From positions 1-61,037 of IMG/VR virus record IMGVR_UViG_3300020156_000441: DNA of 61,037 bases, one strand, 5' to 3'. Origin of the DNA: a virus (Duplodnaviria > Caudoviricetes). The position numbers were made by a program, and so were the translations under genes. The notes beneath the pieces are model-generated. The model saw only the letters and a program-made list of their open reading frames with translations, did not search any database and had not been told where the DNA came from. Positions 25,723 through 35,674 of the stretch are shown here, piece after piece; the first letter of the stretch is position 1, and each line of letters begins with the position of its first letter.

Positions 25723-27415
25723 CGCCGCTGCCCAGGCCCCGGCCCCCGCGATCCTGCGCGGGCTGGCAGTGTCCAAGGAGGAGGTACTGCGCGTCGCCGA
25801 AGAGCACGCGCGCGCCGTCATGGATCGGCTGTGGCGGCGGTACGCCAACGACAACCGGCTGATCTTCGATGAACAGACGGCGGAGAAGGCGTGCGCCTTC
25901 TTCCCCCGTTTCCTTCGGCACTCGAAGGGCCGCCTTGCTGGCAAGCCCTTCCACCTCAAGCCGTGGCAGCGCGAACTCGTGCGCATCGTCTTCGGCTTCA
26001 AGTGGGCGGAGAACGGCCTGCGCGTGGTGCGGCGCGTTCTGCTGTTCATCGCCCGCAAGAACGGCAAGTCCACCTTCGCCGCCGGGCTGGCGCTGCTGAT
26101 GCTGCTGTCCGAACCGGCGGGGGAAATCTACTCCGCCGCCGCGGACAAGGCGCAGGCGGCCATCGTCTTCAGCGAAGCCGTGTCCATGGTGGCCGCCTCA
26201 CCCGAGTTGAAGCGCTCGCTGGAGAGCTTCAAGACGGCCATTGTCTGCGCCAAGCTGTCGGCGGCCTACAAGGTGCTGTCCGCCGATGCCCACACCAAGC
26301 ACGGCTTGAACCCCTCCGGCTTCCTGTTCGATGAGTTGCACACTCAGCCGAACCGCGATCTGGTGGACGTTCTCCACACCGCAGTGGGAGCCCGGCCGCA
26401 GCCGCTGGAGTGGTACATGACCACGGCGGGCGCGGGCCGGCGCGGCATCTGCTGGGAGATGTTCGAGTTCGCCGTGCGCGTGCTGGAAGGCGTCATCGAT
26501 GACCTGTCCTTCCTGCCCGTCCTGTTCATGGCGGACGACGGGGACGATTGGACGGACCCGCGCACCTGGGCGAAGGCCAATCCCAGCGTCGGCGACGCCG
26601 TGTCGCTGGACTACCTGGCCGGCGAGTGCGCCCATGCCCAGCGCGTGCCCGGCTACGAGAACACCTTCAAGCGCCTGCACCTCAACCTCTGGACCGAACA
26701 GGCTACGCGGTGGCTGCCCATGGCGGACTGGCGGGCCTGCGGCGGCGACGTGGCGTGGCAGGATCTGCCGGAGCGCCTGTTGGGCCGCCCGTGCTTCGGC
26801 GGCCTGGACCTGTCCAGCACCACGGACATCACGGCCCACGTCAAGGTGTTCCCGCCGGAGGATGAGGGGGAACCCTGGTGGCTCGTGCCGCGCTTCTTCG
26901 TGCCCATGGCGAACATCGACCTGCGCGCCCGGCGCGACCGCGTGCCCTACGACGAATGGGCGCGCCAGGGCGCGTTGGTCGCCACGCCCGGCAACGTGGT
27001 GGATCAGCAGGCGGTGGAGGACGCGGTGCGGCAGGACGCCGAACACTACCGGCTGGTGGAAGAGGCGTACGACCGCTGGAACGCGTCCGGCCTTGTAACC
27101 CGCCTGAGCGCGGACGGGCTCACAATGGTGCCGTTCGGGCAGGGTTTCGCCTCCATGTCCGCGCCGGCCAAGGAGCTGGAAGCCAAGGTGATCGGGCACA
27201 CGCTGGGGCACGGCATGCACCCGGTGCTCGAATGGATGGCGGGCAACGTCGCCATCGACACGGACCCGGCCGGAAATATCAAGCCGAACAAAGCCACGTC
27301 CGGCGAACGCATTGACGGCATCGTGGCGTCCGTCATGGGCATCGGGCGGGCCATGGTGTTCGGCAACGACAACGGCACCGAAGTTCCCTCCGACTATGAG
27401 GTTGCGGTGGCATGA
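25697..27415 (+). CDS. terL: Terminase large subunit
   Basis: LKPWQ, IARKNGKST, FDELH, GGLDLSSTTD, YDRWNA and RIDGIVA. Confidence 0.95.
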   Translation: MTRLAGSSNAAAQAPAPAILRGLAVSKEEVLRVAEEHARAVMDRLWRRYANDNRLIFDEQTAEKACAFFPRFLRHSKGRLAGKPFHLKPWQRELVRIVFGFKWAENGLRVVRRVLLFIARKNGKSTFAAGLALLMLLSEPAGEIYSAAADKAQAAIVFSEAVSMVAASPELKRSLESFKTAIVCAKLSAAYKVLSADAHTKHGLNPSGFLFDELHTQPNRDLVDVLHTAVGARPQPLEWYMTTAGAGRRGICWEMFEFAVRVLEGVIDDLSFLPVLFMADDGDDWTDPRTWAKANPSVGDAVSLDYLAGECAHAQRVPGYENTFKRLHLNLWTEQATRWLPMADWRACGGDVAWQDLPERLLGRPCFGGLDLSSTTDITAHVKVFPPEDEGEPWWLVPRFFVPMANIDLRARRDRVPYDEWARQGALVATPGNVVDQQAVEDAVRQDAEHYRLVEEAYDRWNASGLVTRLSADGLTMVPFGQGFASMSAPAKELEAKVIGHTLGHGMHPVLEWMAGNVAIDTDPAGNIKPNKATSGERIDGIVASVMGIGRAMVFGNDNGTEVPSDYEVAVA

Positions 27416-28638
27416 GCGTCCTGAACTGGCTCACCGAACTGCTCTGGGGCGCCGGCCGCGGGGCCTCCGTCGTGCAGGTTGTCGGCACCGAGGCGGGCGA
27501 AATCGTGACCGATGCCACGGGTCTGGCCCTGCCCATCGTGCACGATTGCCTCGGTATCCGCGCGCGCACGGTAGCGACGCTGCCGTTGCAGGTGTTTCGC
27601 CGCCTGGACGACGGCGCGCGCGAACCGGCCCCGGAGCATACCCTGTCCCTGGTGCTGGGACTGCGGCCGAACGAGCACCAGACGAGCTGGGAGTTCCGGC
27701 AGCAGATGCAGCGCTGGCTCGACTGGCACCGCAACGCCTACGCCGAGATTGTGCCCGGTGTCCGTGGCGCCGTTGACCGTCTGGTGCCGCTCAACCCGAA
27801 GGTGACCTATCCCGAGCGGATCGCCGGGCGGCTCTGGTATCGCACCTGGGACAAGGACCGGGGCTCGCGCCTGCTGGCGCCCGAAGAGGTGTTCCATCTG
27901 AAGGACGCCCCGTTCGACGACGCCGGCCTTGCCGGTCTGCCGGTGCTGAAGACCCATGCCGAAACCATCGGCGCGGCCATCGCCGTGCACAACTACGGCC
28001 GGCGCTTCTTCCGCAACGACGGGCAGGCCGGCGGCATCCTGGAACATCCCGGTCAGTTCAAGGACAGCACGGCGCGCGACACGTTCATGGGAGCGTGGCG
28101 CAAGGCCCGCACCGCCGGAAAGCAGCACCGCGACGCCTTGCTTGAGTTCGGCATCAAGTACAACCGCGCCACCCTTGACAACGAAAAGGCGCAGTTCCTT
28201 GAAACGCGCAAGGAGAATGCGCTCGAACTTGCCCGCCTTTGGCACATCCCGGCCCACAAGCTCAACATGCTGGACGGGGCGACCTTCAGCAACATCGAGC
28301 ACCAATCCATCGAGTTCCTGACCGACACGGCGCTGCCGATGTTGGAAATGTGGGAACAGAAGATCAATGCGGACCTGATTGTTGATCAGGAGTATTTCGC
28401 CGAGTTCAACGTTGCCGGCCTTCTGCGCGGCGACCTGAAGAGCATGTACGAAGCCTTCAAGATGGGCCGGGAAGGCGGCTGGCTGTCCATCAACGACATT
28501 CGCCGCATGCTCAACATGAACCCGATCAAGAACGGCGACGATCACTTGCAGCCGCTGAACATGGCGCCGGCCGGCACCGTGCCGGACCGGCCGGCGGCAC
28601 GCCCGCGCCAAGCCATGGCTGGCGACCTCGGCCTCTAG
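27412..28638 (+). CDS. HK97-family portal protein
   Basis: RPNEHQT, AQFLETR, ATFSNIEHQ and GWLSINDIR. Confidence 0.93.
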   Translation: MSVLNWLTELLWGAGRGASVVQVVGTEAGEIVTDATGLALPIVHDCLGIRARTVATLPLQVFRRLDDGAREPAPEHTLSLVLGLRPNEHQTSWEFRQQMQRWLDWHRNAYAEIVPGVRGAVDRLVPLNPKVTYPERIAGRLWYRTWDKDRGSRLLAPEEVFHLKDAPFDDAGLAGLPVLKTHAETIGAAIAVHNYGRRFFRNDGQAGGILEHPGQFKDSTARDTFMGAWRKARTAGKQHRDALLEFGIKYNRATLDNEKAQFLETRKENALELARLWHIPAHKLNMLDGATFSNIEHQSIEFLTDTALPMLEMWEQKINADLIVDQEYFAEFNVAGLLRGDLKSMYEAFKMGREGGWLSINDIRRMLNMNPIKNGDDHLQPLNMAPAGTVPDRPAARPRQAMAGDLGL

Positions 28639-28654
28639 ACGACGGAGAAGAGCG

Positions 28655-29653
28655 GTGGAAGATCAGGAGGACGCCCTGTCGAGCGAGGGCGCGAACGAGG
28701 TTGTCAGCGAAGCGGCGCTGTACGCCCACGTGGTGCGGCTGGTGTCGGAAACGGCCTGGGCGGTGCTGCCGGAGACGCTGGCGGTGATCGCCGACGTGTT
28801 GTCGCTGCGGGCCAGCGGCGGCCTGATGAGCAAGGCGGAGATCCGCGCGCGCATCGCCGCCAGCGCCCGCCAGCCCGTCCGCGTCGGGGCCGCCCGGTCC
28901 GGTTCGGTCGCAGTGATTCCCGTGCAGGGCGTCATCACCCGCCGGGCCGGCATGTTCACCGAAACGTCCGGCATGGTCTCGCTGGAAGGCTTCATGGCGA
29001 AGGTGCGCGCCGCCCACGCCGACGACGGTGTCGGTGCCGTCGTCATGGCGTTCGACAGCCCCGGCGGCGATGCGGCCGGCGTGCACGAGGCGGCGGCCGA
29101 GCTGCGCTCGATGCGCGGCACCAAGCCGCTGGTGGCGGTGGCGGACGGCATGGCCGCGAGCGGCGCCTACTGGCTGGCGTCCCAGGCGGATGAGCTGGTG
29201 GTCACGCCCTCCGGCAGCGCTGGCAGCATCGGCGTCTACACCATCCACCGCGACATGAGCGCCGCCATGGAGCGCCAGGGCGTCAAGGCCACGGTGATCC
29301 GGGCCGGCAAGTACAAGGCCGAGGGCAACCCGTTCCAGCCGTTGGGCAATGACGCCCAGGCCGCCATTCAGGAGCGCATCGACGCCACGTACGACATGTT
29401 CGTGCGCGACGTGGCTGCCGGTCGCGGCGTGACGGCGGCCAGCGTGCGCAACGGCTACGGCGAAGGCCGGGTGGTGACGGCGGCCCGCGCCAAGGAACTT
29501 GGCATGGTGGACCGGGTGGCGACGCTGGCCGAGACCATCACGCGCCTGCAAGGCCGCCGCGCCGCCCCTCCGCCGTCCACCGGCAACCGCGCGTCTGCCC
29601 CTGGCGGGCTGGAAGCGCGCCTCGCATCCCTGCGCCTCGCGGCGCTCGCCTGA
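28655..29653 (+). CDS. S49 family prohead protease
   Basis: DSPGG, MAASGAYWLAS, GSIGV and AGKYK. Confidence 0.9.
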   Translation: MEDQEDALSSEGANEVVSEAALYAHVVRLVSETAWAVLPETLAVIADVLSLRASGGLMSKAEIRARIAASARQPVRVGAARSGSVAVIPVQGVITRRAGMFTETSGMVSLEGFMAKVRAAHADDGVGAVVMAFDSPGGDAAGVHEAAAELRSMRGTKPLVAVADGMAASGAYWLASQADELVVTPSGSAGSIGVYTIHRDMSAAMERQGVKATVIRAGKYKAEGNPFQPLGNDAQAAIQERIDATYDMFVRDVAAGRGVTAASVRNGYGEGRVVTAARAKELGMVDRVATLAETITRLQGRRAAPPPSTGNRASAPGGLEARLASLRLAALA

Positions 29654-29759
29654 CATCACCGGCAGGCCCGCGCGACCCGCGGGTTCACCGTCGCCGCCGG
29701 CCGGGCGGCGGCGACGGTGCCGTTCGCCCCGGCACGGGCAACTTACGGAGGTAGCAACG

Positions 29760-31073
29760 ATGCCCACCCTGAAGGAACTGAACCAGCGGGTCGCCGACCT
29801 GAAGGCCGCTGCGGACAAGACGCTGGCCGAAATCAAGGGGCTGGAAGCCAAGGCGGACCGCACGGAGGACGAGGAAAAGGCCCTGGCCGCCGCCACGGCC
29901 AAGCTGGAACAGCAGCTCACCGCCGCCGAAAAGGCGGTGGCCGAGCGTGACGAGCTGCGCGCCCAGGTGGAGCGTGACCGCCGCGTGGCGCTGCTGTCCA
30001 GCTCCATCATCACCCGTCCCGGTTCGATCATCACCAGCAGCGAGCCGGACCCGGCGCAGACCTACGGCTTCAAGGACATCGGCGAGTTCGCCATGTCCGT
30101 GATGCGCGCCCACACGGCCGGCGGGCAGGTGGACGAACGCCTCGCGGCGGCGACCAACTTCCACCAGGGGGACGGTTCCAACGACGGCTACCTGCTGCCG
30201 CCGATGTTCCGCGACACGATCTGGGAACTCGTGCTCGATGTGCCGGACATCGTCACGATGGTGGACAGCGAGCCCACCTCGGCCCGCTCCGTGGAAATGC
30301 TGGCGGACGAGTCCACGCCGTGGAGCGCTGGCGGCATCGAGGTGCGGTGGGAGAAGGAAGGCGCCCAGCTCACCGGCAGCAAGGCACAGGCGCCGGATCC
30401 CCGCACCACGGCGCTGCACCGCCTGTTCGCGTTTGTGCACGCGACGGAGGATCTGCTCGAAGACGCCCCGCGTCTGGGCAACCGTCTGACCAACAAGTCG
30501 GCGCTCGCCATCCGCTGGAAGATCGGCAACGCGATCATCTACGGCGACGGCGTGGGCAAGCCGCTGGGGTGGATGAAGTCGGCGGCCAAGGTTGCCGTGG
30601 CGAAGGAAGGTGGGCAGGCGGCCAAGACCATCGTCGTCGACAATCTGGTAAACATGCTGACCCGCCTGCTGGTGCAGCCGGGCGACCAGCCGGTGTGGAT
30701 CGCCAACCGCGATATCCTTCCGCAGCTCGTGAAGCTGACCATCGGCGACCGTCCGGTGTGGCTGCCGCCGCAGGGGCTCACCGTGGCGCCGGAGGGCACC
30801 ATTCTGGGCTACCCGGTGCGGTTCATGGAGTACGCCCAGACGCTGGGCACCGAAGGCGACATCCAGCTCGTCAGCCCCAAGGGCTACTACTGCCCGGTGC
30901 GGCAGGGCGGGGTGAAGTTCGACACCTCCATCCACCTGTACTTCGACCAGGGCCTTCAGTCGTTCCGCTGGGGCTTCCGTCTGGGCGGCCAGCCGCACCT
31001 GTCGAAGCCGGTGAGCCCGGCCAACGGCACGAACACCCGCAGCCACTTCGTCACCCTCGCGACCCGCGCGTAA
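29760..31073 (+). CDS. Major capsid protein (HK97 fold with N-terminal delta domain)
   Basis: RBS GGAGG, coiled-coil N-terminus, DGYLLP, GDGVGKPLG and ILGYPV. Confidence 0.92.
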   Translation: MPTLKELNQRVADLKAAADKTLAEIKGLEAKADRTEDEEKALAAATAKLEQQLTAAEKAVAERDELRAQVERDRRVALLSSSIITRPGSIITSSEPDPAQTYGFKDIGEFAMSVMRAHTAGGQVDERLAAATNFHQGDGSNDGYLLPPMFRDTIWELVLDVPDIVTMVDSEPTSARSVEMLADESTPWSAGGIEVRWEKEGAQLTGSKAQAPDPRTTALHRLFAFVHATEDLLEDAPRLGNRLTNKSALAIRWKIGNAIIYGDGVGKPLGWMKSAAKVAVAKEGGQAAKTIVVDNLVNMLTRLLVQPGDQPVWIANRDILPQLVKLTIGDRPVWLPPQGLTVAPEGTILGYPVRFMEYAQTLGTEGDIQLVSPKGYYCPVRQGGVKFDTSIHLYFDQGLQSFRWGFRLGGQPHLSKPVSPANGTNTRSHFVTLATRA

Positions 31074-31088
31074 GGAGGCCCGGAACTC

Positions 31089-31541
31089 ATGAACACCTCT
31101 CTCCCCGCCTCGAATATTGCCGGTGTGGCCGGCGTGATCGACCCCGATGCCTATGCGGCTGGCTCCTACTCCACCGGCTGGGTCTCCATGGCCGTGTTCC
31201 ATTGCATGCTGGCGGTGATCATGGCCGGCGACCTGGGCGCGTCCGCGACGCTCGACGCCAAGATCGAGCAGGCCAAGGACGCGGCCGGCACCGACGCCAA
31301 GGACGTGACCGGCAAGGCCATCGCGCAGATGACCAAGGCCGACGCCGACGACAACAAGCAGGCCCTGATCAACGTCCGCGCCGACGAGCTGGACGTGAAC
31401 AACGGCTTCACCCACGTCCGCCTCACCATCACGGTGGGCACCGCCGCTTCGGATGCCGGCGGTCTGCTGCTGGGCCTGCACCCGCGCTACGGCACGGCGG
31501 CGGCCAACGACGCCGCCACGGTCGCCGAGATCGTGGCCTGA
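31089..31541 (+). CDS. Putative capsid decoration protein
   Basis: Directly after the capsid gene with a strong RBS; beta-rich composition. Confidence 0.6.
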   Translation: MNTSLPASNIAGVAGVIDPDAYAAGSYSTGWVSMAVFHCMLAVIMAGDLGASATLDAKIEQAKDAAGTDAKDVTGKAIAQMTKADADDNKQALINVRADELDVNNGFTHVRLTITVGTAASDAGGLLLGLHPRYGTAAANDAATVAEIVA

Positions 31542-31542
31542 C

Positions 31543-31574
31543 GGAAAGGGGCGGCCTTCGGGCCGCCCCTTCCG
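31543..31574 (+). terminator. Hairpin/terminator after the capsid genes
   Basis: AAGGGGCGGCC-TTCG-GGCCGCCCCTT. Confidence 0.6.
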
Positions 31575-31593
31575 CTTTCACGGAGCCGAACCC

Positions 31594-32175
31594 ATGGGCT
31601 TGAAGCTGATCACGCCTCCCGCCGCCGGTCCGGTGTCGCTGGAAGAGCAGAAGCTGCACATGCGGGTGGACCATGCGGAAGAAGACACGCTGATCACCGC
31701 GCAACTCGCCGCCGCCGTCTCCCTGGCGGAAAGCTTCATGTCCGCCTGCATCGTCACGCAGGTGTGGGAATGGACGCTCGACGGGTTCTCGGGCTGCCTG
31801 ACCTTGCCCGTGGGGCCGGCGCAGTCGGTGGACGCGATCACCTACCTCGACGCGGACGGGACCGCGCAGACGCTCGACGGTGCGGCCTATGTGGTGGACG
31901 TGACCGAGCGCCCGGCCCGCATCGTCCCGGCCTGCGGGCACGGCTGGCCGGTCACGCGCCGCCAGCTCGCCGCCGTGACCGTCCGCTTCACCGCCGGCTA
32001 CGGTGACGCCGCCACGGTCGCGGCGCGGCATGCGGACATCGTGGCGGCGGTGAAGCTGCTGGCCGCACACCTCTACGTGAACCGCGAACCGGTCAACATC
32101 GGCAACATCGTCAACGATCTGCCCATGACGGTGCAGGCGCTGCTGCTGCCGCACAAGCAATGGGGCTTTGGCTGA
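31594..32175 (+). CDS. Head-tail connector (gp6-like)
   Basis: PVSLEEQKLHMRVD, VRFTAGYG and HLYVNRE. Confidence 0.88.
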   Translation: MGLKLITPPAAGPVSLEEQKLHMRVDHAEEDTLITAQLAAAVSLAESFMSACIVTQVWEWTLDGFSGCLTLPVGPAQSVDAITYLDADGTAQTLDGAAYVVDVTERPARIVPACGHGWPVTRRQLAAVTVRFTAGYGDAATVAARHADIVAAVKLLAAHLYVNREPVNIGNIVNDLPMTVQALLLPHKQWGFG

Positions 32176-32708
32176 TGACCCGTCCCCTGCTCATTCTCGG
32201 TTCCGCCGCCTGCCTGTTCGATGATCTGGCGGCGCTGGGGCCGTTCGACGGCGAGGTTATGGCGGTGAACGAGTCCGGCGCGTTCGTCGGCGGAGCCATC
32301 GACCATTGGGCGTCGCTTCACCCGGAACGCTTCGGCGGCTGGCTGGCCGAACGCGCGCGGCGCGGCGGCAACACCGACTGCACCACGTGGAGCTTCACGG
32401 CGGCCCCCGGAGTCGACCGGCAGGAGCCGAAGGTGGAGCGCTCCGGCTCGTCCGGTCTCTTCGCCGTGCGTCTGGCGCTCCACGTTCTGGGCTGCCCGCG
32501 CGTGGTGTTGGCCGGCATGCCGCTCGACGACAGCCGCCACGTCACCGATGGGCCGCGCCGCTCCGGCCCGTCCTTCGTGCCCTACCGGCCGGAGTGGCGG
32601 CAGGCGGCCCGTGGCGAGTTCGAGGGACGTGTGCGCGCGCTGTCCGGCTGGACGGCGGGCGTGCTCGGCCGTCCAACCGTCTCGTGGCTCGCCGGGGGTG
32701 CGGCATGA
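32175..32708 (+). CDS. Rossmann-like protein resembling DUF115/Maf/GT42-type transferases
   Basis: LILGSA...MAVN...DHW...GSSGLFA..LA...LG..RVVLAGMP. Confidence 0.55.
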   Translation: MTRPLLILGSAACLFDDLAALGPFDGEVMAVNESGAFVGGAIDHWASLHPERFGGWLAERARRGGNTDCTTWSFTAAPGVDRQEPKVERSGSSGLFAVRLALHVLGCPRVVLAGMPLDDSRHVTDGPRRSGPSFVPYRPEWRQAARGEFEGRVRALSGWTAGVLGRPTVSWLAGGAA

Positions 32709-33043
32709 GCGGTGCCCACACCGGCGCTGGCGAACTCAACCAGCGCGTCCGCGTCGAGCGCGTCACCAGCGTGCCCGACGAGGGGGGCGGCAGCGCCGAA
32801 GCGTGGGTGGAGGTGGCCCACGTGTGGGCGAAGGTCTGGCCCGTGTCGGGCGGCGAGCGCGCCGCCGCGCAGCAGGTGCAGGCCGCCGCCATGGTCCGCG
32901 TCAAGATCCGCCGCCGCACCGACGTGTCGGCCGACATGCGCGTGATCTGGCAGGGCCGCGCCCACAACATCCGGCACGTGGCCGACGCCGGCCCGTCCGA
33001 GCCCTTCCTCACCCTCGACTGCGAAAGCGGGGTGGCAATCTGA
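32705..33043 (+). CDS. Head closure (head-tail adaptor) protein
   Basis: GELNQRV, VWAKVWPVSG and DMRVIW. Confidence 0.85.
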   Translation: MSGAHTGAGELNQRVRVERVTSVPDEGGGSAEAWVEVAHVWAKVWPVSGGERAAAQQVQAAAMVRVKIRRRTDVSADMRVIWQGRAHNIRHVADAGPSEPFLTLDCESGVAI

Positions 33044-33489
33044 TGAGCAAGGTTTCCGGCATCAAGGGCGGGGCGCGTCTGCGCAGCACGTTGCGCCGTC
33101 TGCCCGTCGCCATCCTGGGCGAGGTGCGCGGCGCCGTCGCCGCGTCCGCCCAGGCCGTCTATGACGAGGCGAGGGTGCGGATGCCGACCCCCGGAACGCA
33201 CCCCTATGCGACCGGCGAGCTGCAGCGCAAGTTCCGCCTGTTCGTCAGCAAGGACGGGCTGCGCGCCCGCATCGGCAGCTGGGGCAAGCGCCGGGCGCGG
33301 CACATCCATCTCGTGGAGTTCGGCGCGGCCCCGCACGCGATTCCCATGCCGGACGGCGGCACGGTCCAGCATCCCGGCGCGCCGGCGCAGCCCTTCCTCT
33401 TCCCCGCCTACAAGGCGAAGGCGCGGGGCGCGCGGCTGACGATCCGCGCCGCCGTGCGCAAGGCCCTGGACCGGGAGGCGCGGCGATGA
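33043..33489 (+). CDS. HK97 gp10-family tail completion protein
   Basis: TGEL, HLVEFG and AQPFLFPA. Confidence 0.85.
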   Translation: MSKVSGIKGGARLRSTLRRLPVAILGEVRGAVAASAQAVYDEARVRMPTPGTHPYATGELQRKFRLFVSKDGLRARIGSWGKRRARHIHLVEFGAAPHAIPMPDGGTVQHPGAPAQPFLFPAYKAKARGARLTIRAAVRKALDREARR

Positions 33490-33875
33490 GCGGCGCGTCC
33501 TGGCCCCTACAGGTGGCGATGTTCAATGTGCTGGGGCCGGCGCTCGTCCCGGTGCCCGTGCTCGACGACGTGCCGCAGGGACAGGCGTTCCCCTATGTCG
33601 TGATCGGCGAGGACGTGGCGACCATCTTCCCCGTGCTCGACCGCGACGGCGAGGACATCGACGTCACCATCCACGTGTGGAGCCGCTACGCCGGCCGCAA
33701 GGAGGCCAAGGAGCTGATGGGCAAGGTGCGGGAGACCCTGCACGATCAGCGCCTGACCGTCGCCGGGCACCACCTTGTCGGCCTGCGCCACACCTTCGCC
33801 ACCGTCTTCACCGAGCCGGACGGCAAGACCCGCCACGGCGTGATGCGCTTCCGCGCCGTCCTGCTCGCCCCCTGA
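33486..33875 (+). CDS. DUF3168 tail terminator
   Basis: DDVP...FPYVVIG, IHVWSR..GRKE and RHGVMRF. Confidence 0.88.
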   Translation: MSGASWPLQVAMFNVLGPALVPVPVLDDVPQGQAFPYVVIGEDVATIFPVLDRDGEDIDVTIHVWSRYAGRKEAKELMGKVRETLHDQRLTVAGHHLVGLRHTFATVFTEPDGKTRHGVMRFRAVLLAP

Positions 33876-33893
33876 ACCCTTCGGCATAGCCGG

Positions 33894-33927
33894 AGCCGCC
33901 GCCGCCCCGTCCGGGCGGCTTTTTTCG
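33894..33927 (+). terminator. Intrinsic terminator
   Basis: GCCGCCC...GGGCGGC followed by TTTTTT. Confidence 0.55.
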
Positions 33928-33949
33928 TCTGGAAAGGAGCAACCGAGCC

Positions 33950-34423
33950 ATGGCTGGCCCGATTTCCACCCCGAAGACCAGGGTCTACATCGCCCCGTAC
34001 ACCGACGAGAGCACCGCGACCGAATACGACGCCCTGCCGTGGGAGCGGATCGGCACCGTGCTGGACGTGGGCGAGTTCGGCCCGCAGTACCAGGAAATCA
34101 CCTACACCCCCCTCGACGACGGCATCGTGCACCGCCTGAAGGGCGCGCTCGACAACGGCAGCATTCCGCTGATCCTCGGTCGTGACCCCGACAATGCCGG
34201 ACAGGCGGACCTGCTGTCCGCGCTGCCGGATTACGACAACTACGCCTTCAAGATCGAGCTGAACGACAAGCCGTCCGGGGCTGGGGCAAAGCCGACGCGC
34301 TTCATGTTCCCCGGCAAGGCCATGTCGTACCGCACGCAGATCGGCGACGCGAACCAGATCGTGCGGGCGAACGTCAACATCGCCATCGACGGCGACATCG
34401 TCACCGGCGCGCGCGGCACCTGA
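33950..34423 (+). CDS. Major tail (tube) protein
   Basis: GEFG, KGALDNG, DNAGQ and FKIELND; strong RBS. Confidence 0.85.
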   Translation: MAGPISTPKTRVYIAPYTDESTATEYDALPWERIGTVLDVGEFGPQYQEITYTPLDDGIVHRLKGALDNGSIPLILGRDPDNAGQADLLSALPDYDNYAFKIELNDKPSGAGAKPTRFMFPGKAMSYRTQIGDANQIVRANVNIAIDGDIVTGARGT

Positions 34424-34530
34424 TCGGGCCGGCGCTTCGGGCCGGGCCGGCGGTGTCGCGTGGGGTGCGCCGCCGGCCCTCATCCTCCATCCACCCCACG
34501 AACCCAGAACCCCACGAAAGGACCGTTTCC

Positions 34531-34905
34531 ATGTCGCTGAACAAGGGCGAAGTCGCCTTCACCGTCGAGGGCACCACCTACACCCTCGTGCCCTCGCTCA
34601 CCGCCTTTTCGCAGCTCTCCAACGAGTATTCGAACTATCAGGATCTGCTGCGCAAGTTGGCCTCCAACAACGTGCCGGCCATTGCCCGCGTGATCCGTCT
34701 GGGGTTGGGCTGGAACGATCAGCAGTCCAAGAAGCTGCCGGAACTGATGATGCGCGCCGGTCTGGCGCCGCTGGTGGAGGCCACGTCGGACTACGCCTTC
34801 CGCCTGTTCAACGGCGGCAAGTCGGCGGACGAGGTGCTGGCCGAGCAGGCCGGCGAGACTGACAACGACAAGGAGGGCAAGGCCGGCGCCCCTTTCGCCG
34901 GCTGA
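34531..34905 (+). CDS. Tail assembly chaperone (G)
   Basis: Between tail tube and tape measure; ends near a slippery site. Confidence 0.75.
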   Translation: MSLNKGEVAFTVEGTTYTLVPSLTAFSQLSNEYSNYQDLLRKLASNNVPAIARVIRLGLGWNDQQSKKLPELMMRAGLAPLVEATSDYAFRLFNGGKSADEVLAEQAGETDNDKEGKAGAPFAG

Positions 34906-35153
34906 CGCACGCGCAGTACGCGGCCGAACTCTACAAGTACGCGACGGGGTGGCTCGGTTGGACCGACCGGGCCGCCCTGGCCACCAACATCTTCCGCATC
35001 GAACTGGCGCTCGAAGGCAAGGTGGACTTCGTGAAGAAGACGAACCCGTGGGGAGGCAGCGAAGAGGACAAGCCCTTGCCGAGCCCCGACGAGGTGGCCG
35101 ACAAGGTGTCCGCCCTGCTGCGGGCTCACCCGCGGTTCAAGGGTGGGGCGTGA
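34890..35153 (+). CDS. Tail assembly chaperone extension (GT) via a -1 frameshift at C CCT TTC
   Basis: X XXY YYZ heptamer at 34890-34896; the -1 frame is open to 35153 (ELYKYATGWLGWT...) and has no ATG of its own. Confidence 0.7.
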   Translation, partial: PFRRLTHAQYAAELYKYATGWLGWTDRAALATNIFRIELALEGKVDFVKKTNPWGGSEEDKPLPSPDEVADKVSALLRAHPRFKGGA

Positions 35154-35575
35154 TGGCCGAGCTGCTCGTCCAGCAGGCGCAGGCGGCGTCCCACGTCGTC
35201 GAGGTAGGCGCGATCCCCGCCCCGGCGTTCCAGGCGCTGCTTTTCCGCCGCCAGTTCGTCGCGTTCGGCTTGCAGCGCCACCCGCTCTTCCGCCGCAAGC
35301 GGTGGGGGAGCGGGTGGCGCTGCCATGGCTTCTGCCATGATGCGACGGTTCCGCTCGTTTGCCCGCAGACGGCCCACGTTGATTGCCACGGCCAGGGCGA
35401 ACAGGCCAAGCCCTGCGGCGAGGTATGGCAGCAATCTGTCGAAGAACATCGCAACGATGATAACGCCCGCCAGCACAAGGGCGAATGCCAGTACCCCGCG
35501 CAGGAAGCCCAGCACGGCCGGCGCGCCGACGAGCAGCACGGCGAGGATCAGGATCAGCAGCACGGTTATCAGCAC
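35126..35575 (-). CDS. Moron-type membrane protein
   Basis: Antisense to the tail operon; 3 hydrophobic segments; RBS GGAGG; TTGACA upstream at 35636-35631. Confidence 0.7.
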   Translation of the reverse strand: MLITVLLILILAVLLVGAPAVLGFLRGVLAFALVLAGVIIVAMFFDRLLPYLAAGLGLFALAVAINVGRLRANERNRRIMAEAMAAPPAPPPLAAEERVALQAERDELAAEKQRLERRGGDRAYLDDVGRRLRLLDEQLGHHAPPLNRG

Positions 35576-35634
35576 GGGCGCCGCCTCCGGCGGTTGAGCG
35601 CCCCCTAATGTCGTATCGCATGACGAAGCCTGTC

Positions 35635-35661
35635 AACCCGCCCTCCGGCGGGTTTTTCTTT
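35635..35661 (+). terminator. Intrinsic terminator
   Basis: AACCCGCC-CTCC-GGCGGGTT followed by TTTCTTT. Confidence 0.6.
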
Positions 35662-35674
35662 GGAGCCGAGACGC

